Of a stretch of DNA of 64,000 bases, positions 42,417-52,438 are shown one piece after another. The translations under genes and the position numbers were made by a program. The notes under the pieces are model-generated. The model saw only the letters and a program-made list of their open reading frames with translations, searched no databases and had not been told where the DNA came from. Each line of letters begins with the position of its first letter. Position 1 is the first letter of the stretch. The DNA lies in assembly GCA_034669905.1 (NCBI GenBank), contig JAXMOL010000004.1:32001-96000 (forward strand). Direction: 5' to 3'. Source of the DNA: Candidatus Hydrogenedentota bacterium (GTDB taxonomy: Bacteria; Hydrogenedentota; Hydrogenedentia; Hydrogenedentales; JAEUWI01).

Positions 42417-44651
42417 TCAGTTGTCTGCCGGCCGCAGCTCCACGGCGTAGCCGTTCAACACTGCGTTTCCGGAATGATAGTCCAGACGGGTCGCATCCAC
42501 TAACTCATTGACGTTGGAGCCCGCGTGTCGCGCTGCCACTGCCATGCGGGTACCATCCACGCCGTGTCCCCATCCATGGGGCACACTCACCACGCCGGGC
42601 ATGATATCTTCCGTCACTTCGACCGTCACTTCGATTTGGCCTGTATCGGTCGCGATATGGGCCCGTCCCCCGTCCACAAGCTGTTTCTCAGCGGCCGTAT
42701 CGGGGTGTACCAGGACCGTACAGCGTTCGCGACCACGCACGAGACTGGGCACATTGTGCATCCACGAGTTGTTGGAACGGAGATGACGACGGCCCACGAG
42801 CAAGATGGAAGCATCGCCATTTCCACGGTGGAGCTTTTCGGCCAGCCCGGCAAGGTCCGACAGGAAGACCTCCGATACCAACTCAATGCGACCGCTGGGG
42901 GTACGCAGTATCTCTGGTAAGCGGGGTTCTAAGGGACCCAAATCAATGCCTTCGGGGTGGGCTTCGAGTTGGGCCAGACTTAAACCGTCGGCACGGTCAT
43001 CAAAGGCATCCCCATAGGGGCCAGCGCGCAGCATAAAGTCTACAATCCGTTCCGGCCCCCGACGGGAACCTAATTTCGCAAGGATTCCGTCGACATTCAA
43101 GTGAGCGATTCGAGAGGCCGGCTGTTTGATCTCTTTCTGTATGACTTGACGGAGCCCCTGTTCATCCAATTGTTCCAAGTCCGCATCCGGCCCCATGCCC
43201 GCTGCAATACCGATGAGTTGGAGCAAGACCTGCCACCCCGCGGGTCGGTCCGTCGGGGGCATAATCGCTGGCGCATAGCGTGCGAAATTGTGGACCGTCA
43301 ACTGGTTAAAAATGAGGTCGTAGTGGGGACGTTCCAACGGGGTAATATCGGGCAAGATGACATGGGCGTGACGGGTGGTCTCGTTCAGATAAATATCAAA
43401 GCTCACCATAAAGTCGAGGGAGGCGAAGGCCTGGTCCAGGGCGCCGCCGTCCGGCGTACTCAAAACGGGATTGCCACTTACCGTCAACATGGCTTTGATT
43501 TGTCCTGGGCCCGGGGTCTGTATTTCTTCGGCCATGGCGCCGCAGGGGAATTCGCCCATCACTTCCGGATAGCCACGGACCCGACTCTTTCGCCGTCCTG
43601 TAACGAACCCTTTGCCTATTCCGGGGGTTCCCTTGGTGTTAGTTCCTCCGTGAGCGACGCGGGTAAACATGACCCCACCGGGCCGATCCAGATTGCCGGT
43701 CAGGATATGGATAATATCCACCAGCCACGAGCTGATGGTGCCATAATCTTGCGTGGTGGTGCCCATACGGGCATGAATCGCCGCCGTCGGGGCGTCGGAA
43801 AGTTCACGGGCGAGCCTTCGGATGGATTCGGCATCTATACCGCAATGGGTGGCCACCTTTTCGGGGGTAAAAGGCGCGACGGCCTCTTTGAGTGATTCCA
43901 GGCCTTCAGAAAGCGTAATTGCCCCGTCCGCAACCACCCGCCCTTCGGCGAACAGGGTCTGCACGATGGCCGCGAGGAAGAGGGCATCCGTCGCCGGCCG
44001 AATCGGGAAGTATGCGTCGGCCATCTTGGCCGTTCGGGTGCGGCGGGGATCGACCACCACAATGCGGCCCCCACGACGCTGGATGGCCTTGAGCCGCTCG
44101 GGCAAATCGGGCGCCGTCATGAGGCTGCCATTGGATTCCAGGGGGTTGGCGCCCAGAATCAGGAGGTAGTCCGTGCGGTTAATGTCGGGAATGGCAATAG
44201 ACATGCCATCGCCGAATAGCTGTCCCGTAGACACGTGTTTCGGCATTTGGTCGGCCGTACTTGCCGAAAAGATATTGGGCGTACCCAGCATTTTGAATAG
44301 GGGGAAGCCATAGCTCTGGATACCCAGGTTGTGGGAAGATGGATTGCCCAGGTAGACGCCCAGTGCCTCTTTCCCATAGGTCTTCCAGATCTTTTTCCAA
44401 CCGGCATCGACGGCCGCGAAGGCTTCGGCCCACGTCACCGTGCGCCACGTCTCACCTTCTCGGATCATGGGTTCACGGATGCGATCCGGATCGTCCGCGA
44501 GCTCGTGTAATGCGACCCCCTTGGGACAAATGTACCCCCGGCTGAAGAGATCCTTCTCGTCACCGCGCACGGCAACAGGGCGCCCCGCATCCAGGGTGAC
44601 CTGGACGCCACAGGTGGCTTCACAGAGGGGGCAGATAGTACGCATGACCAT
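42417..44651 (-). CDS. Molybdopterin-dependent oxidoreductase with N-terminal 4Fe-4S cluster
   Basis: CPLCEATCG..CPKG, GANP, VDPRRT, DIYLNETT, NNSWMHN, PHGWG. Confidence 0.88.
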   Translation of the reverse strand: MVMRTICPLCEATCGVQVTLDAGRPVAVRGDEKDLFSRGYICPKGVALHELADDPDRIREPMIREGETWRTVTWAEAFAAVDAGWKKIWKTYGKEALGVYLGNPSSHNLGIQSYGFPLFKMLGTPNIFSASTADQMPKHVSTGQLFGDGMSIAIPDINRTDYLLILGANPLESNGSLMTAPDLPERLKAIQRRGGRIVVVDPRRTRTAKMADAYFPIRPATDALFLAAIVQTLFAEGRVVADGAITLSEGLESLKEAVAPFTPEKVATHCGIDAESIRRLARELSDAPTAAIHARMGTTTQDYGTISSWLVDIIHILTGNLDRPGGVMFTRVAHGGTNTKGTPGIGKGFVTGRRKSRVRGYPEVMGEFPCGAMAEEIQTPGPGQIKAMLTVSGNPVLSTPDGGALDQAFASLDFMVSFDIYLNETTRHAHVILPDITPLERPHYDLIFNQLTVHNFARYAPAIMPPTDRPAGWQVLLQLIGIAAGMGPDADLEQLDEQGLRQVIQKEIKQPASRIAHLNVDGILAKLGSRRGPERIVDFMLRAGPYGDAFDDRADGLSLAQLEAHPEGIDLGPLEPRLPEILRTPSGRIELVSEVFLSDLAGLAEKLHRGNGDASILLVGRRHLRSNNSWMHNVPSLVRGRERCTVLVHPDTAAEKQLVDGGRAHIATDTGQIEVTVEVTEDIMPGVVSVPHGWGHGVDGTRMAVAARHAGSNVNELVDATRLDYHSGNAVLNGYAVELRPADN

Positions 44652-44759
44652 TATCTCCAGAGCTGCGCCGCATCAAACAGATGATGTGCCGGTTAGCGCA
44701 ATGGTACTATACGGCTTTTCGGGGCACAAATTGATACATTCGACGGAAGGAAGCATGCT

Positions 44760-45740
44760 ATGGAATACAATCGACTGGGAAAAACAGGCCTCCTTGTTTC
44801 AGAACTTTGCCTGGGCACCATGACCTTTGGCAATGAAGCCGATGAAAAAACTTCGCAGGGCCTCATGGAAGCCGCCCTGGAAGCAGGTATCAACTTTTTC
44901 GATGCGGCACACAATTACAACCTGGGCAAAACCGAAGAGATCGTGGGCCGCTGGATAGGCCCCCACCGGGATCAGATTATTCTCACCTCCAAGGTGTTCT
45001 TTCCGTCGGGCGGGGGCATGAACGATGAGGGCATGTCGCGCCGCAATCTCATTCGCTCGGTCGAAAAGTCACTCCAGCGACTCAAGACCGATTATCTCGA
45101 CATCGTGTATTTGCACCATTGGGACGACAATGCGGCCATCGAGCAGTCCATGGCCGCCATGAACACCCTGGTCGAGCAGGGCAAGGTCCACTATGTGGGT
45201 GTCTCCAACTTTTCCGCGTGGCAGACCATGCGGGCCCAGGCGGTCGCAGAGCAACGCAACTATGCGCCCATTTCCGTGGTCCAGCCCATGTACAGTCTCG
45301 TAAAACGGCAGGTCGAAGTAGAAATCCTGCCCATGGCGGAATACGAAGGCTTTGCCGTGGTGCCCTACAACGCCTTGGGCGCAGGATTGCTTACCGGCAA
45401 ATATCTGGAGGGCGGTACGGGACGGCTCGACGAAGCGGCCATGTATAAGCAGCGCTATGACAACGCCCAATATGTAGAGATTACGAAGAAGTTCGTCGCC
45501 CACGCGAAGGAGAAGGGGGTGTCACCCGCCGCACTGGCCCTGGCCTGGGTGAATAGCCATCCCCTGGTGAATTCCGCCATCTTTGGTGCCCGCAATCTGG
45601 ATCAGTTCAAGAACACCCTGACCTGTCTGGATCACAAGCTCAGTTTGGAAGAGCGCAGGGCCGTATCCGCCCTGTCCATTGACCCACCCCGGGCCACCGA
45701 CCGGGAGTCCATGGACGCCATGAAACAGCGGGGTTGGTAA
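44760..45740 (+). CDS. Aldo/keto reductase
   Basis: LCLGTMTFG, FFDAAHNY, SLQRLKTDYLD, GVSNF, GLLTGKY. Confidence 0.9.
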   Translation: MEYNRLGKTGLLVSELCLGTMTFGNEADEKTSQGLMEAALEAGINFFDAAHNYNLGKTEEIVGRWIGPHRDQIILTSKVFFPSGGGMNDEGMSRRNLIRSVEKSLQRLKTDYLDIVYLHHWDDNAAIEQSMAAMNTLVEQGKVHYVGVSNFSAWQTMRAQAVAEQRNYAPISVVQPMYSLVKRQVEVEILPMAEYEGFAVVPYNALGAGLLTGKYLEGGTGRLDEAAMYKQRYDNAQYVEITKKFVAHAKEKGVSPAALALAWVNSHPLVNSAIFGARNLDQFKNTLTCLDHKLSLEERRAVSALSIDPPRATDRESMDAMKQRGW

Positions 45741-45763
45741 CCGTCCACCACGGCAAATCCATC

Positions 45764-45810
45764 AAAATAAAGACGCGGCCCCGTAGGCCATTACGGGGCC
45801 GCGTCGTTTT
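45764..45810. terminator. Bidirectional Rho-independent terminator
   Basis: Perfect 14-bp stem GACGCGGCCCCGTA / TACGGGGCCGCGTC flanked by A-rich and T-rich tracts between convergent genes. Confidence 0.8.
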
Positions 45811-45824
45811 AGTGCGTTGCAACT

Positions 45825-46940
45825 TTACAGCTGGGTCGCGCCCCGCTCGCCCAATGCCTGTACCGCCTTCTTCACGTCTTCCGTTCGCTCTTTGGGGACC
45901 ACCAGCACGGCGTCTTTTGTGGCGACCACGACCACGTCGGTCATGCCTACCACGGCCACGGCCCGTTTCTCCGCGCCCTCATCGTTGTAGACGATACATC
46001 CCGTACTGTCGATGAGGACCGGGTCACCGTTAATGACATTGCCGTTTTCGTCATCATTACCAGCACGGTCAAGGGCTGACCACGTGCCGATGTCATCCCA
46101 TGGGAAGGTGGCGTTAATCATGACCACCCGCTCCGCTTTCTCCATCAGCGCATAGTCGATGGAGATGCCTTTAAGATCGTTGAACACCGAATTGACGGTC
46201 GCTTCGTCATTGGCCGACATGGCGGTGGCCATGGCATGAATGGCCTTGCCATAGGCCGGGTCTGCTTTTTCGAACTGACTGACAAAGGTGCCCACACTCC
46301 AGAAGAACATACCGCTGTTCCAGAAGTAATTGCCTTCGGACACATACTGCTCCGCCACGTCTTTCGGGGGCTTCTCTTTGAAAGAAGTCACGGGAAAGGC
46401 CTGCGGGGTGCTGTCCAATTCCGCGGTGCCGTCGGGAAGGGAGGCCTGAATATACCCGAAGCCCGTAGAGGGCCGCGTGGGGGGGATACCAATCGTGCCC
46501 AGGGCTGGCTCCGATTCCACCGTCTCCAGCGCTTTGCTCAGGGTAGCGATGAATTGTTCGGGTGCACCAATGCGATGGTCCGCCGTTACGACCGCCATGC
46601 TGATTCCGGACCCGTCATTCTTGTAGCGGGCCATCATGTAGGCAGCGGCATAGGCAAGACAGCCCGCCGTATTACGTCGGCACGGTTCGGCGATAATGTT
46701 GGCCTCGGGAATACCCAGGGCGGCGGCCCGAATGGCGGGTACCAGCTCAGGGCTGGTCTGGACGTAGATGTGTTCCGCAGGGATCAGGGGCATCAGACGA
46801 TTGACTGCCTCGTGCAGCATGGTATCGGTGGGGCTCGTGAGGCGCAGTAGCTGTTTCGGGTTTAGACGACGGGATACCGGCCAGAACCGTTCGCCAGAAC
46901 CTCCGGCCATGATTACGGCGACACGTTGATGGGAAGACAT
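45825..46940 (-). CDS. manC: Mannose-1-phosphate guanylyltransferase
   Basis: IMAGGSGERFWPVSR..PKQ, EPCRRNTA, FKEKP, WNSGMF, SIDYALMEK, WDDIGTW; no PMI domain. Confidence 0.9.
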   Translation of the reverse strand: MSSHQRVAVIMAGGSGERFWPVSRRLNPKQLLRLTSPTDTMLHEAVNRLMPLIPAEHIYVQTSPELVPAIRAAALGIPEANIIAEPCRRNTAGCLAYAAAYMMARYKNDGSGISMAVVTADHRIGAPEQFIATLSKALETVESEPALGTIGIPPTRPSTGFGYIQASLPDGTAELDSTPQAFPVTSFKEKPPKDVAEQYVSEGNYFWNSGMFFWSVGTFVSQFEKADPAYGKAIHAMATAMSANDEATVNSVFNDLKGISIDYALMEKAERVVMINATFPWDDIGTWSALDRAGNDDENGNVINGDPVLIDSTGCIVYNDEGAEKRAVAVVGMTDVVVVATKDAVLVVPKERTEDVKKAVQALGERGATQL

Positions 46941-47189
46941 TCGGTAAAACTCCATTCTTTCTACAAGGCCCATAGGGATCAGGCCATGCAGACAGGGTTC
47001 AAACTTTCACGATAATGTAAATAGTTTACGCGAGTAGTGCGCCCGTTTGCGAGGTCATCGGAATGAATCGCTGATTTACCTGCGCCATACTACATCCGGA
47101 ATTGCGCTATTTTCTGCCTGAGTGGTAGGATACACCCCGTTTCAATCCCCTTATAGCAACGCGCGTTGCCCCGTGAAAGTATCCATCCT

Positions 47190-49076
47190 ATGTCCCGTGA
47201 TTCCCGTATTTTCTACCTCCTACTTCTACTCGCCTTCACCGTATTTGCCGCCAATATCGGTGGCTATGATGTGTGGCCACCCGATGAGCCCCGTTATACC
47301 GAGGTGGCACGGGAGATGGTGGAAAGCGGCGACTACCTGGTGCCCCGTGTAAATGGTGAGGTCTATTTCGAAAAGCCGCCCATGTTGTTCTGGCTCATGG
47401 CCCTGGCTTCCGTGCCGTTCGGAGAGGTCAATGAGGTGGCCGCCCGGCTACCCTCGGTCCTTTGTGCCGTCTATATTGTCGGCCTGACCTATGCCTTGGC
47501 GGCACGACTTTTCACCCGCCAGGTAGCCATCTGGGCAGCCCTCTTGCTCATTACCTGCTTTCGCTTCTGGTACCAGGCCCGCAAAGGGCAGATTGATATG
47601 GTGCTCACGGCAGAGATGCTCACGACCCTCTATGCCTTCTGGCGCTGGGATGAATCGCGTCATACGAAGTGGCTCTTCCTCGCCTATGGGGGTGTCGCGC
47701 TGGGACTCCTCACGAAGGGGCCACCGGCCCTGGTGTTCCCCGGCCTTTTTCTCATCGCCTACTATTGGGGCAACCGGGAGGGACGGGCCTCGACCCGCTG
47801 GGTGTGGGGCTTCCTCGGAGCCATCGCGGTGGTCGCCTTATGGTATGTGCCCGCCCGTATGGCGGGCGCCGATACGGCCGCAGAGGCGGTCCAGAGTGGG
47901 ATGGGTTCCAACCTTTTTCGCAACACCATTGGCCGTGCGCTCATGGGCGTCAGCAAGGCCCAGCCACCGTGGTATTACCTCAAGACCCTGCCGGTGGACA
48001 TGCTCCCCTGGAGCTTTATCTGTCCGCCCATACTGTATTGGGCGTGGAAAGGGCGCAAAGACAACCAGGCCATGCGCTTTCTCTGGGCATGGATCGGGCC
48101 CGCCCTCATCTTTTTCAGCGTCATTATCGGTAAGCGGGAACTCTACCTGTTACCCCTCTTTCCCGTCTTTGGGATTTTGTTCGCGGCCGCCATTGTACAT
48201 CTCAAGGAAACAGAGAATTACCGTTGGATGCGGCGTGGGGGGATGGCGTGGTCCGTCGTGCTGATAGCACTGGGATTTTCCCCCCTCGCACTGCCCTACA
48301 TCCCCTATACATTGGAGTCCAACCTCCATCTATACATCGTGGCCGGCGTGGCCCTGGTGGCGGGTAACGCGGGACTGTTCTACCTTCGAAAATCCTCAGG
48401 GAGCGTCGTTCCGGCGACCTTGGCAACGCAAACAATACTCGTATTTACCGTCGCGGTATTTACCGTGTTCCCGGAGATTGATACCTTTAAGTCTGCCCGA
48501 GACATCTGCGCACCGGTACGGCAATTGGTGGAGGAGGGAGAAGACCCAACCATCTATTCAGCCGGGTTCTCTCGGGAAGAATACGTGTATTATTCTCGCC
48601 ACTTTCATGAACCCGTATTCACCGGGCTCATCGGCGACATTCACCCGGACAATCTGCTGGAGCAAGCCAAGCTGCAAAAGAAAGCCCAGCGACTCATTCA
48701 GCGGGCGGTTGAAGACGTTCCACTTGCCGACCTGGCCCAACCTACCGAGTCAGAACGGAAGGCCCTTCGGGCGGCCATCGACGCTGCCGTGGCGGAGTCT
48801 GACGAGATAGAGGCCATCGTCCATTTCGAAGATGAACTGCGTGTGGAAGTCAACGCCTTCTTTGCCAAGCTGGCTGCGGAATCGCCGGTGTTGTGTTTCG
48901 TCCAGGAAGAAGATTGGCGCTGGCTGCTCGCCTTCCTCGAAGGAGAACAGCCAACGTCCATCATCACGGAACAGGGGGTCGGCAGTCGTCACGTACTCTT
49001 ACTGGCCAATGACGCTGCCGTGGAAGCCCTTAAGACAGCCAATTCAGAATCATCGAAATTACCGTCGGGCCGGTAA
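47190..49076 (+). CDS. ArnT-family (GT83) membrane glycosyltransferase
   Basis: DEPRY, EKPP, ARLPS, DM, LTKGP, PWYY, KRELYLLP; many TM helices. Confidence 0.85.
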   Translation: MSRDSRIFYLLLLLAFTVFAANIGGYDVWPPDEPRYTEVAREMVESGDYLVPRVNGEVYFEKPPMLFWLMALASVPFGEVNEVAARLPSVLCAVYIVGLTYALAARLFTRQVAIWAALLLITCFRFWYQARKGQIDMVLTAEMLTTLYAFWRWDESRHTKWLFLAYGGVALGLLTKGPPALVFPGLFLIAYYWGNREGRASTRWVWGFLGAIAVVALWYVPARMAGADTAAEAVQSGMGSNLFRNTIGRALMGVSKAQPPWYYLKTLPVDMLPWSFICPPILYWAWKGRKDNQAMRFLWAWIGPALIFFSVIIGKRELYLLPLFPVFGILFAAAIVHLKETENYRWMRRGGMAWSVVLIALGFSPLALPYIPYTLESNLHLYIVAGVALVAGNAGLFYLRKSSGSVVPATLATQTILVFTVAVFTVFPEIDTFKSARDICAPVRQLVEEGEDPTIYSAGFSREEYVYYSRHFHEPVFTGLIGDIHPDNLLEQAKLQKKAQRLIQRAVEDVPLADLAQPTESERKALRAAIDAAVAESDEIEAIVHFEDELRVEVNAFFAKLAAESPVLCFVQEEDWRWLLAFLEGEQPTSIITEQGVGSRHVLLLANDAAVEALKTANSESSKLPSGR

Positions 49077-50454
49077 TGACCACCAGGAGGCCCGCAGCGA
49101 CACTGGTGACACCGCCCACGAGGAGCATATCCCGGTTCTCGATCTGCCCCGTGCCATAGGCAATGGCGTTGGGCGGGGTCGAGATGGGCAGCCCCATGGC
49201 AAAACTCGCCATGATGGCACACATGGCCGCGAGCACCTGGGTCTCTACGGTGGAGCTCCCCAGGCTGACCGCCATAGCGATGCCGATAGGCAATAAAATC
49301 ATGGTGGCAACACTATTGCTGATCACGGTGCTCATGGCCACAGCCAACACGCTGATGAGGGCCGCCAGACCGAAGAAGCCCAACCCTTCGCCGGGGAGTA
49401 CTTTCACGATCCAGGTGTCCAGTCCCGTGGACGTGATACCGTCCCCGAGGGCGATACCACCGGCAATGAGCATGAGGATATTCCAATCCAGGCGATTAAA
49501 GTCCTCTTTGGAAATCACCTGGGTAAGCGTCAGTACCGCGGCAGGTAAGATGGCCACCACGGCAGTGGGGACCCCGTGCCAGGACCCCGTGAGCCACAGG
49601 AGCACGGTCACCGCGAAGGTGGAGTAGACTACCGTGGCGTGTGCCGTCAGTTTGAAATCCTGCTCTACTTTCACCTCAAAGCGATCGCTACGCGGGTGAA
49701 ACAGTGTCAGGAGAAAGGCCCACATCACCGTCAAGGCGACCAGCATAAGCGGAAAGGCGAATGCCATCCACGTAAAGAAACTGATGCCAATACCGGCGTC
49801 TTCCAGTTGGGCCATGGCTATCGCGTTGGGAGGCGTGCCGATGGGGGTGCCAATACCGCCGATATTGGCGGCAAAGGGTACGGCCAGAATCAAGGCCTTC
49901 CGGAAGCGGTCACGGGCTTCTAAACGACTCAGAAAGGGTTGCACCATCACAATCATCATGGCCGTCGTCGCTGTATTGCTCATCCACATGCTGAAAATGG
50001 CGGTAATCAGCATGATCCCCCCGAGCACGGCCCAGGGTCGGGTCCCGAAGGCGCGGAGCAACAGGGCCGCCATCTGGACGTCAATCCGTTCTTTCTGCAC
50101 CGACTTGGCCAGAATGAATCCCCCCAGGAAAAGAAATATCACCGGGTTACTCAGGCTATTGAAAACGGTCTTGTATTCCATGGTCATGCCGAGGTCTTTC
50201 GGCACGGCCACCCACCAGGCCTCCAGGGCGATGACACAGAGACTGGTTGCAAAGAGGGGGATGGCTTCCGTTATCCAGAGGACGACCGCACCGGCAAATA
50301 TAGCCGCCATCCGCCGGGCACCTTCATCCATATCTTCTGGCATAAGCCAGTAACTCAGGGCCCCCGTCAACAGGGATAGGCCGCCCAGTGCCAGGTTCAC
50401 CCATACCGGGCGCAAGGTTGTTTCCACCTCTTCATTGGTTACTTCGTCACTCAT
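49030..50454 (-). CDS. DASS/SLC13 sodium-coupled anion symporter
   Basis: WITEAIP, SMWMSNTAT, GTPIGTPPN, SNSVA, PISTPPNAI. Confidence 0.9.
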   Translation of the reverse strand: MSDEVTNEEVETTLRPVWVNLALGGLSLLTGALSYWLMPEDMDEGARRMAAIFAGAVVLWITEAIPLFATSLCVIALEAWWVAVPKDLGMTMEYKTVFNSLSNPVIFLFLGGFILAKSVQKERIDVQMAALLLRAFGTRPWAVLGGIMLITAIFSMWMSNTATTAMMIVMVQPFLSRLEARDRFRKALILAVPFAANIGGIGTPIGTPPNAIAMAQLEDAGIGISFFTWMAFAFPLMLVALTVMWAFLLTLFHPRSDRFEVKVEQDFKLTAHATVVYSTFAVTVLLWLTGSWHGVPTAVVAILPAAVLTLTQVISKEDFNRLDWNILMLIAGGIALGDGITSTGLDTWIVKVLPGEGLGFFGLAALISVLAVAMSTVISNSVATMILLPIGIAMAVSLGSSTVETQVLAAMCAIMASFAMGLPISTPPNAIAYGTGQIENRDMLLVGGVTSVAAGLLVVITGPTVISMILNWLS

Positions 50455-50696
50455 GGTCCACTACTTTCTGTTGCGGGGGAGATTCACGTCCCCAATCGTG
50501 CTACACAACCGAGCGTGCAGGCATTGAGAACGACAGAGCATATTCTATGCCTGTTACGGGCTTCAACGTGTTTTTCCACTTCGCACCACCCCAAATACCC
50601 TGTAATGGCGACCGGCCTCCGCGAACGACGGGGGAGCGGGTAGCTGGTAACCGGTCATTACACAATCGCATCATGCGCAGATCTGGTCTTCGTGAT

Positions 50697-50708
50697 ACAC
50701 TAGTGTGC
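50697..50708. promoter_or_regulatory. Candidate enhancer (UAS) ACACTAGTGTGC, copy 1
   Basis: Contains the 10-bp perfect palindrome ACACTAGTGT; about 120 bp upstream of the predicted sigma54 start site; identical 12-mer at 58271. Confidence 0.55.
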
Positions 50709-50796
50709 AGTCCGGTCCTGCGCACCCAAGGGGAGCGCAAGTGTATTTGCGCCCATTATACGGGACGATAAACATGCCATGTCACAATTGTGCAAA

Positions 50797-50812
50797 TGGT
50801 ATGGGTCTTGCA
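50797..50812 (+). promoter_or_regulatory. Sigma54 (-24/-12) promoter of the kinase-activator operon
   Basis: TGGTATGGGTCTTGCA: GG-N10-GC with TTGCA. Confidence 0.6.
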
Positions 50813-50863
50813 TAAGTGACAGGCAGTAGAGTCCTACACCCCAACCCCACGAGGCCCACCGCG

Positions 50864-52423
50864 ATGTCGAACGACCCGGTTGAAGACATTCTCTTATCCA
50901 TGTCACTGCAAAAAGCCAGTGATGTGTGGGTCCGTGGTCTGGTTGAGAGCACGGTGGATGCCATTATCACGATCGACGAAGAGGCGACCATCCTGGAGGC
51001 GAACCTGGCCGCCCAACGAATGTTTGGCTACACCCGCAGTGAATTGCTTGGGGAGAATGTTCGTCTGCTGACGCCCCCCCATATTGCCCGCAACCACGAT
51101 ACGTACATCACCAACTATCTGGAAAGCGGTGTCCGCCGAATCATTGGAATCGGGCGCGAAGTGATGGCCCAACACAAGAATGGCACCGAGATCCCGGTAC
51201 ACCTTTCCATCAGCGAAGTGCGCATTGAAGGGCACCGGTACTTTTCCGGCATGCTGCGGGACATGACGGTTGAATTTGAGGCCCGTAAGGAGCAGGAGCG
51301 CTTGCTGGGCGAACTCAAAGAGCGCAACAAAAAGATCACCTGCCTCTACAGCGTGGGGGAGCTCATCCGGGAACAGGAAATCGCAACCGATTTGTTTCGC
51401 TCGGTCGCCCAGGTAGTGCGGCCGGCCTGCACCTTCCCCGAGATTACCCGGGCACGCATTCTCTTCGATGGGCAAGTCTATGAGGAAATGAGCGTCATAG
51501 AGACCCCCTGGGTTTGCAGTGCCCCCATCATCGTCGGTGGACGCAATCGAGGGTCATTGGAGTTGGTCTACCGGGAGGCCATTGAGCCCGTTGTACCCGG
51601 AAATCTTCTCCGGGAAGACGCGACCATGATTGAAGCCATCGCGCGGACGCTGGGTGAAGCGGTTGAGCGGCGGGAGGCTGAGGCCCAGGTTATACAGGCC
51701 TCCAAGCTGGCCTCGATTGGGGAATTAGCGGCCGGAGTGGGGCACGAGATCAATAATCCAATCAATGGGGTCATCAACTGCGTGGACATCCTCCTGGGGA
51801 ATCTCCCAGCGGATGCGCCGGATCGACAGTTTGCGGAGTTGATACGTTCAGAGGCCGAGCGGGTGGCGACCATTGTAAAAAACCTGTTGACCTTTTCCCG
51901 CCAGCAATACGAGCACTACTCCTATGCGAGTATGGCCGATATGGTCGATACGGTGCTCTCGCTGAGTGCCAAAAAAATGGAAAAGTCTTTCATCGACTTC
52001 GACGTCTTCGTACCCGAGGGTCTGCCCCGCATACGATGTCGGCCCGAGCAATTGGAACAGGTCCTGATGAATCTTATCATCAATGCCATCCATTCACTGG
52101 ATGAACGTTATCCGGCCGCCGCGCCAGAAAAGAAACTGTCTATCAGCGTTGAGTCGGCCACCGTACGCCAACGCAAGCACCTTGTGATGGTGGTGGAAGA
52201 CCAGGGCTGCGGGATGTCCGAATCAACCCTCCAACGAATTTTTGATCCTTTTTTCACCACCAAAGGCCGTGACAAGGGAACGGGCCTGGGGCTGTCGGTA
52301 TCCGATGGAATCGTGAAAGATCATGGTGGCTTTTTTGAAGTTACCAGTGAGCCGAATCGGTTTACCTGCTTCAAGGTCTATCTCCCTGTAGATGGCCCCG
52401 TCAAGTCAGGTACCCGCCGATAA
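50864..52423 (+). CDS. FixL-like heme-PAS sensor histidine kinase (NtrB-type transmitter)
   Basis: PAS with HDTYITNY and RIIGIGREV; degenerate GAF-like region; [24 protein letters not shown]; no TM helix. Confidence 0.85.
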   Translation: MSNDPVEDILLSMSLQKASDVWVRGLVESTVDAIITIDEEATILEANLAAQRMFGYTRSELLGENVRLLTPPHIARNHDTYITNYLESGVRRIIGIGREVMAQHKNGTEIPVHLSISEVRIEGHRYFSGMLRDMTVEFEARKEQERLLGELKERNKKITCLYSVGELIREQEIATDLFRSVAQVVRPACTFPEITRARILFDGQVYEEMSVIETPWVCSAPIIVGGRNRGSLELVYREAIEPVVPGNLLREDATMIEAIARTLGEAVERREAEAQVIQASKLASIGELAAGVGHEINNPINGVINCVDILLGNLPADAPDRQFAELIRSEAERVATIVKNLLTFSRQQYEHYSYASMADMVDTVLSLSAKKMEKSFIDFDVFVPEGLPRIRCRPEQLEQVLMNLIINAIHSLDERYPAAAPEKKLSISVESATVRQRKHLVMVVEDQGCGMSESTLQRIFDPFFTTKGRDKGTGLGLSVSDGIVKDHGGFFEVTSEPNRFTCFKVYLPVDGPVKSGTRR

Positions 52424-52438
52424 TTCAGGGAGCGTGTC

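Noticed and set aside
42417..44651. Possible selenocysteine formate dehydrogenase
   Set aside because: No in-frame TGA and no FDH Cys/Sec-His motif recognised; substrate unassigned
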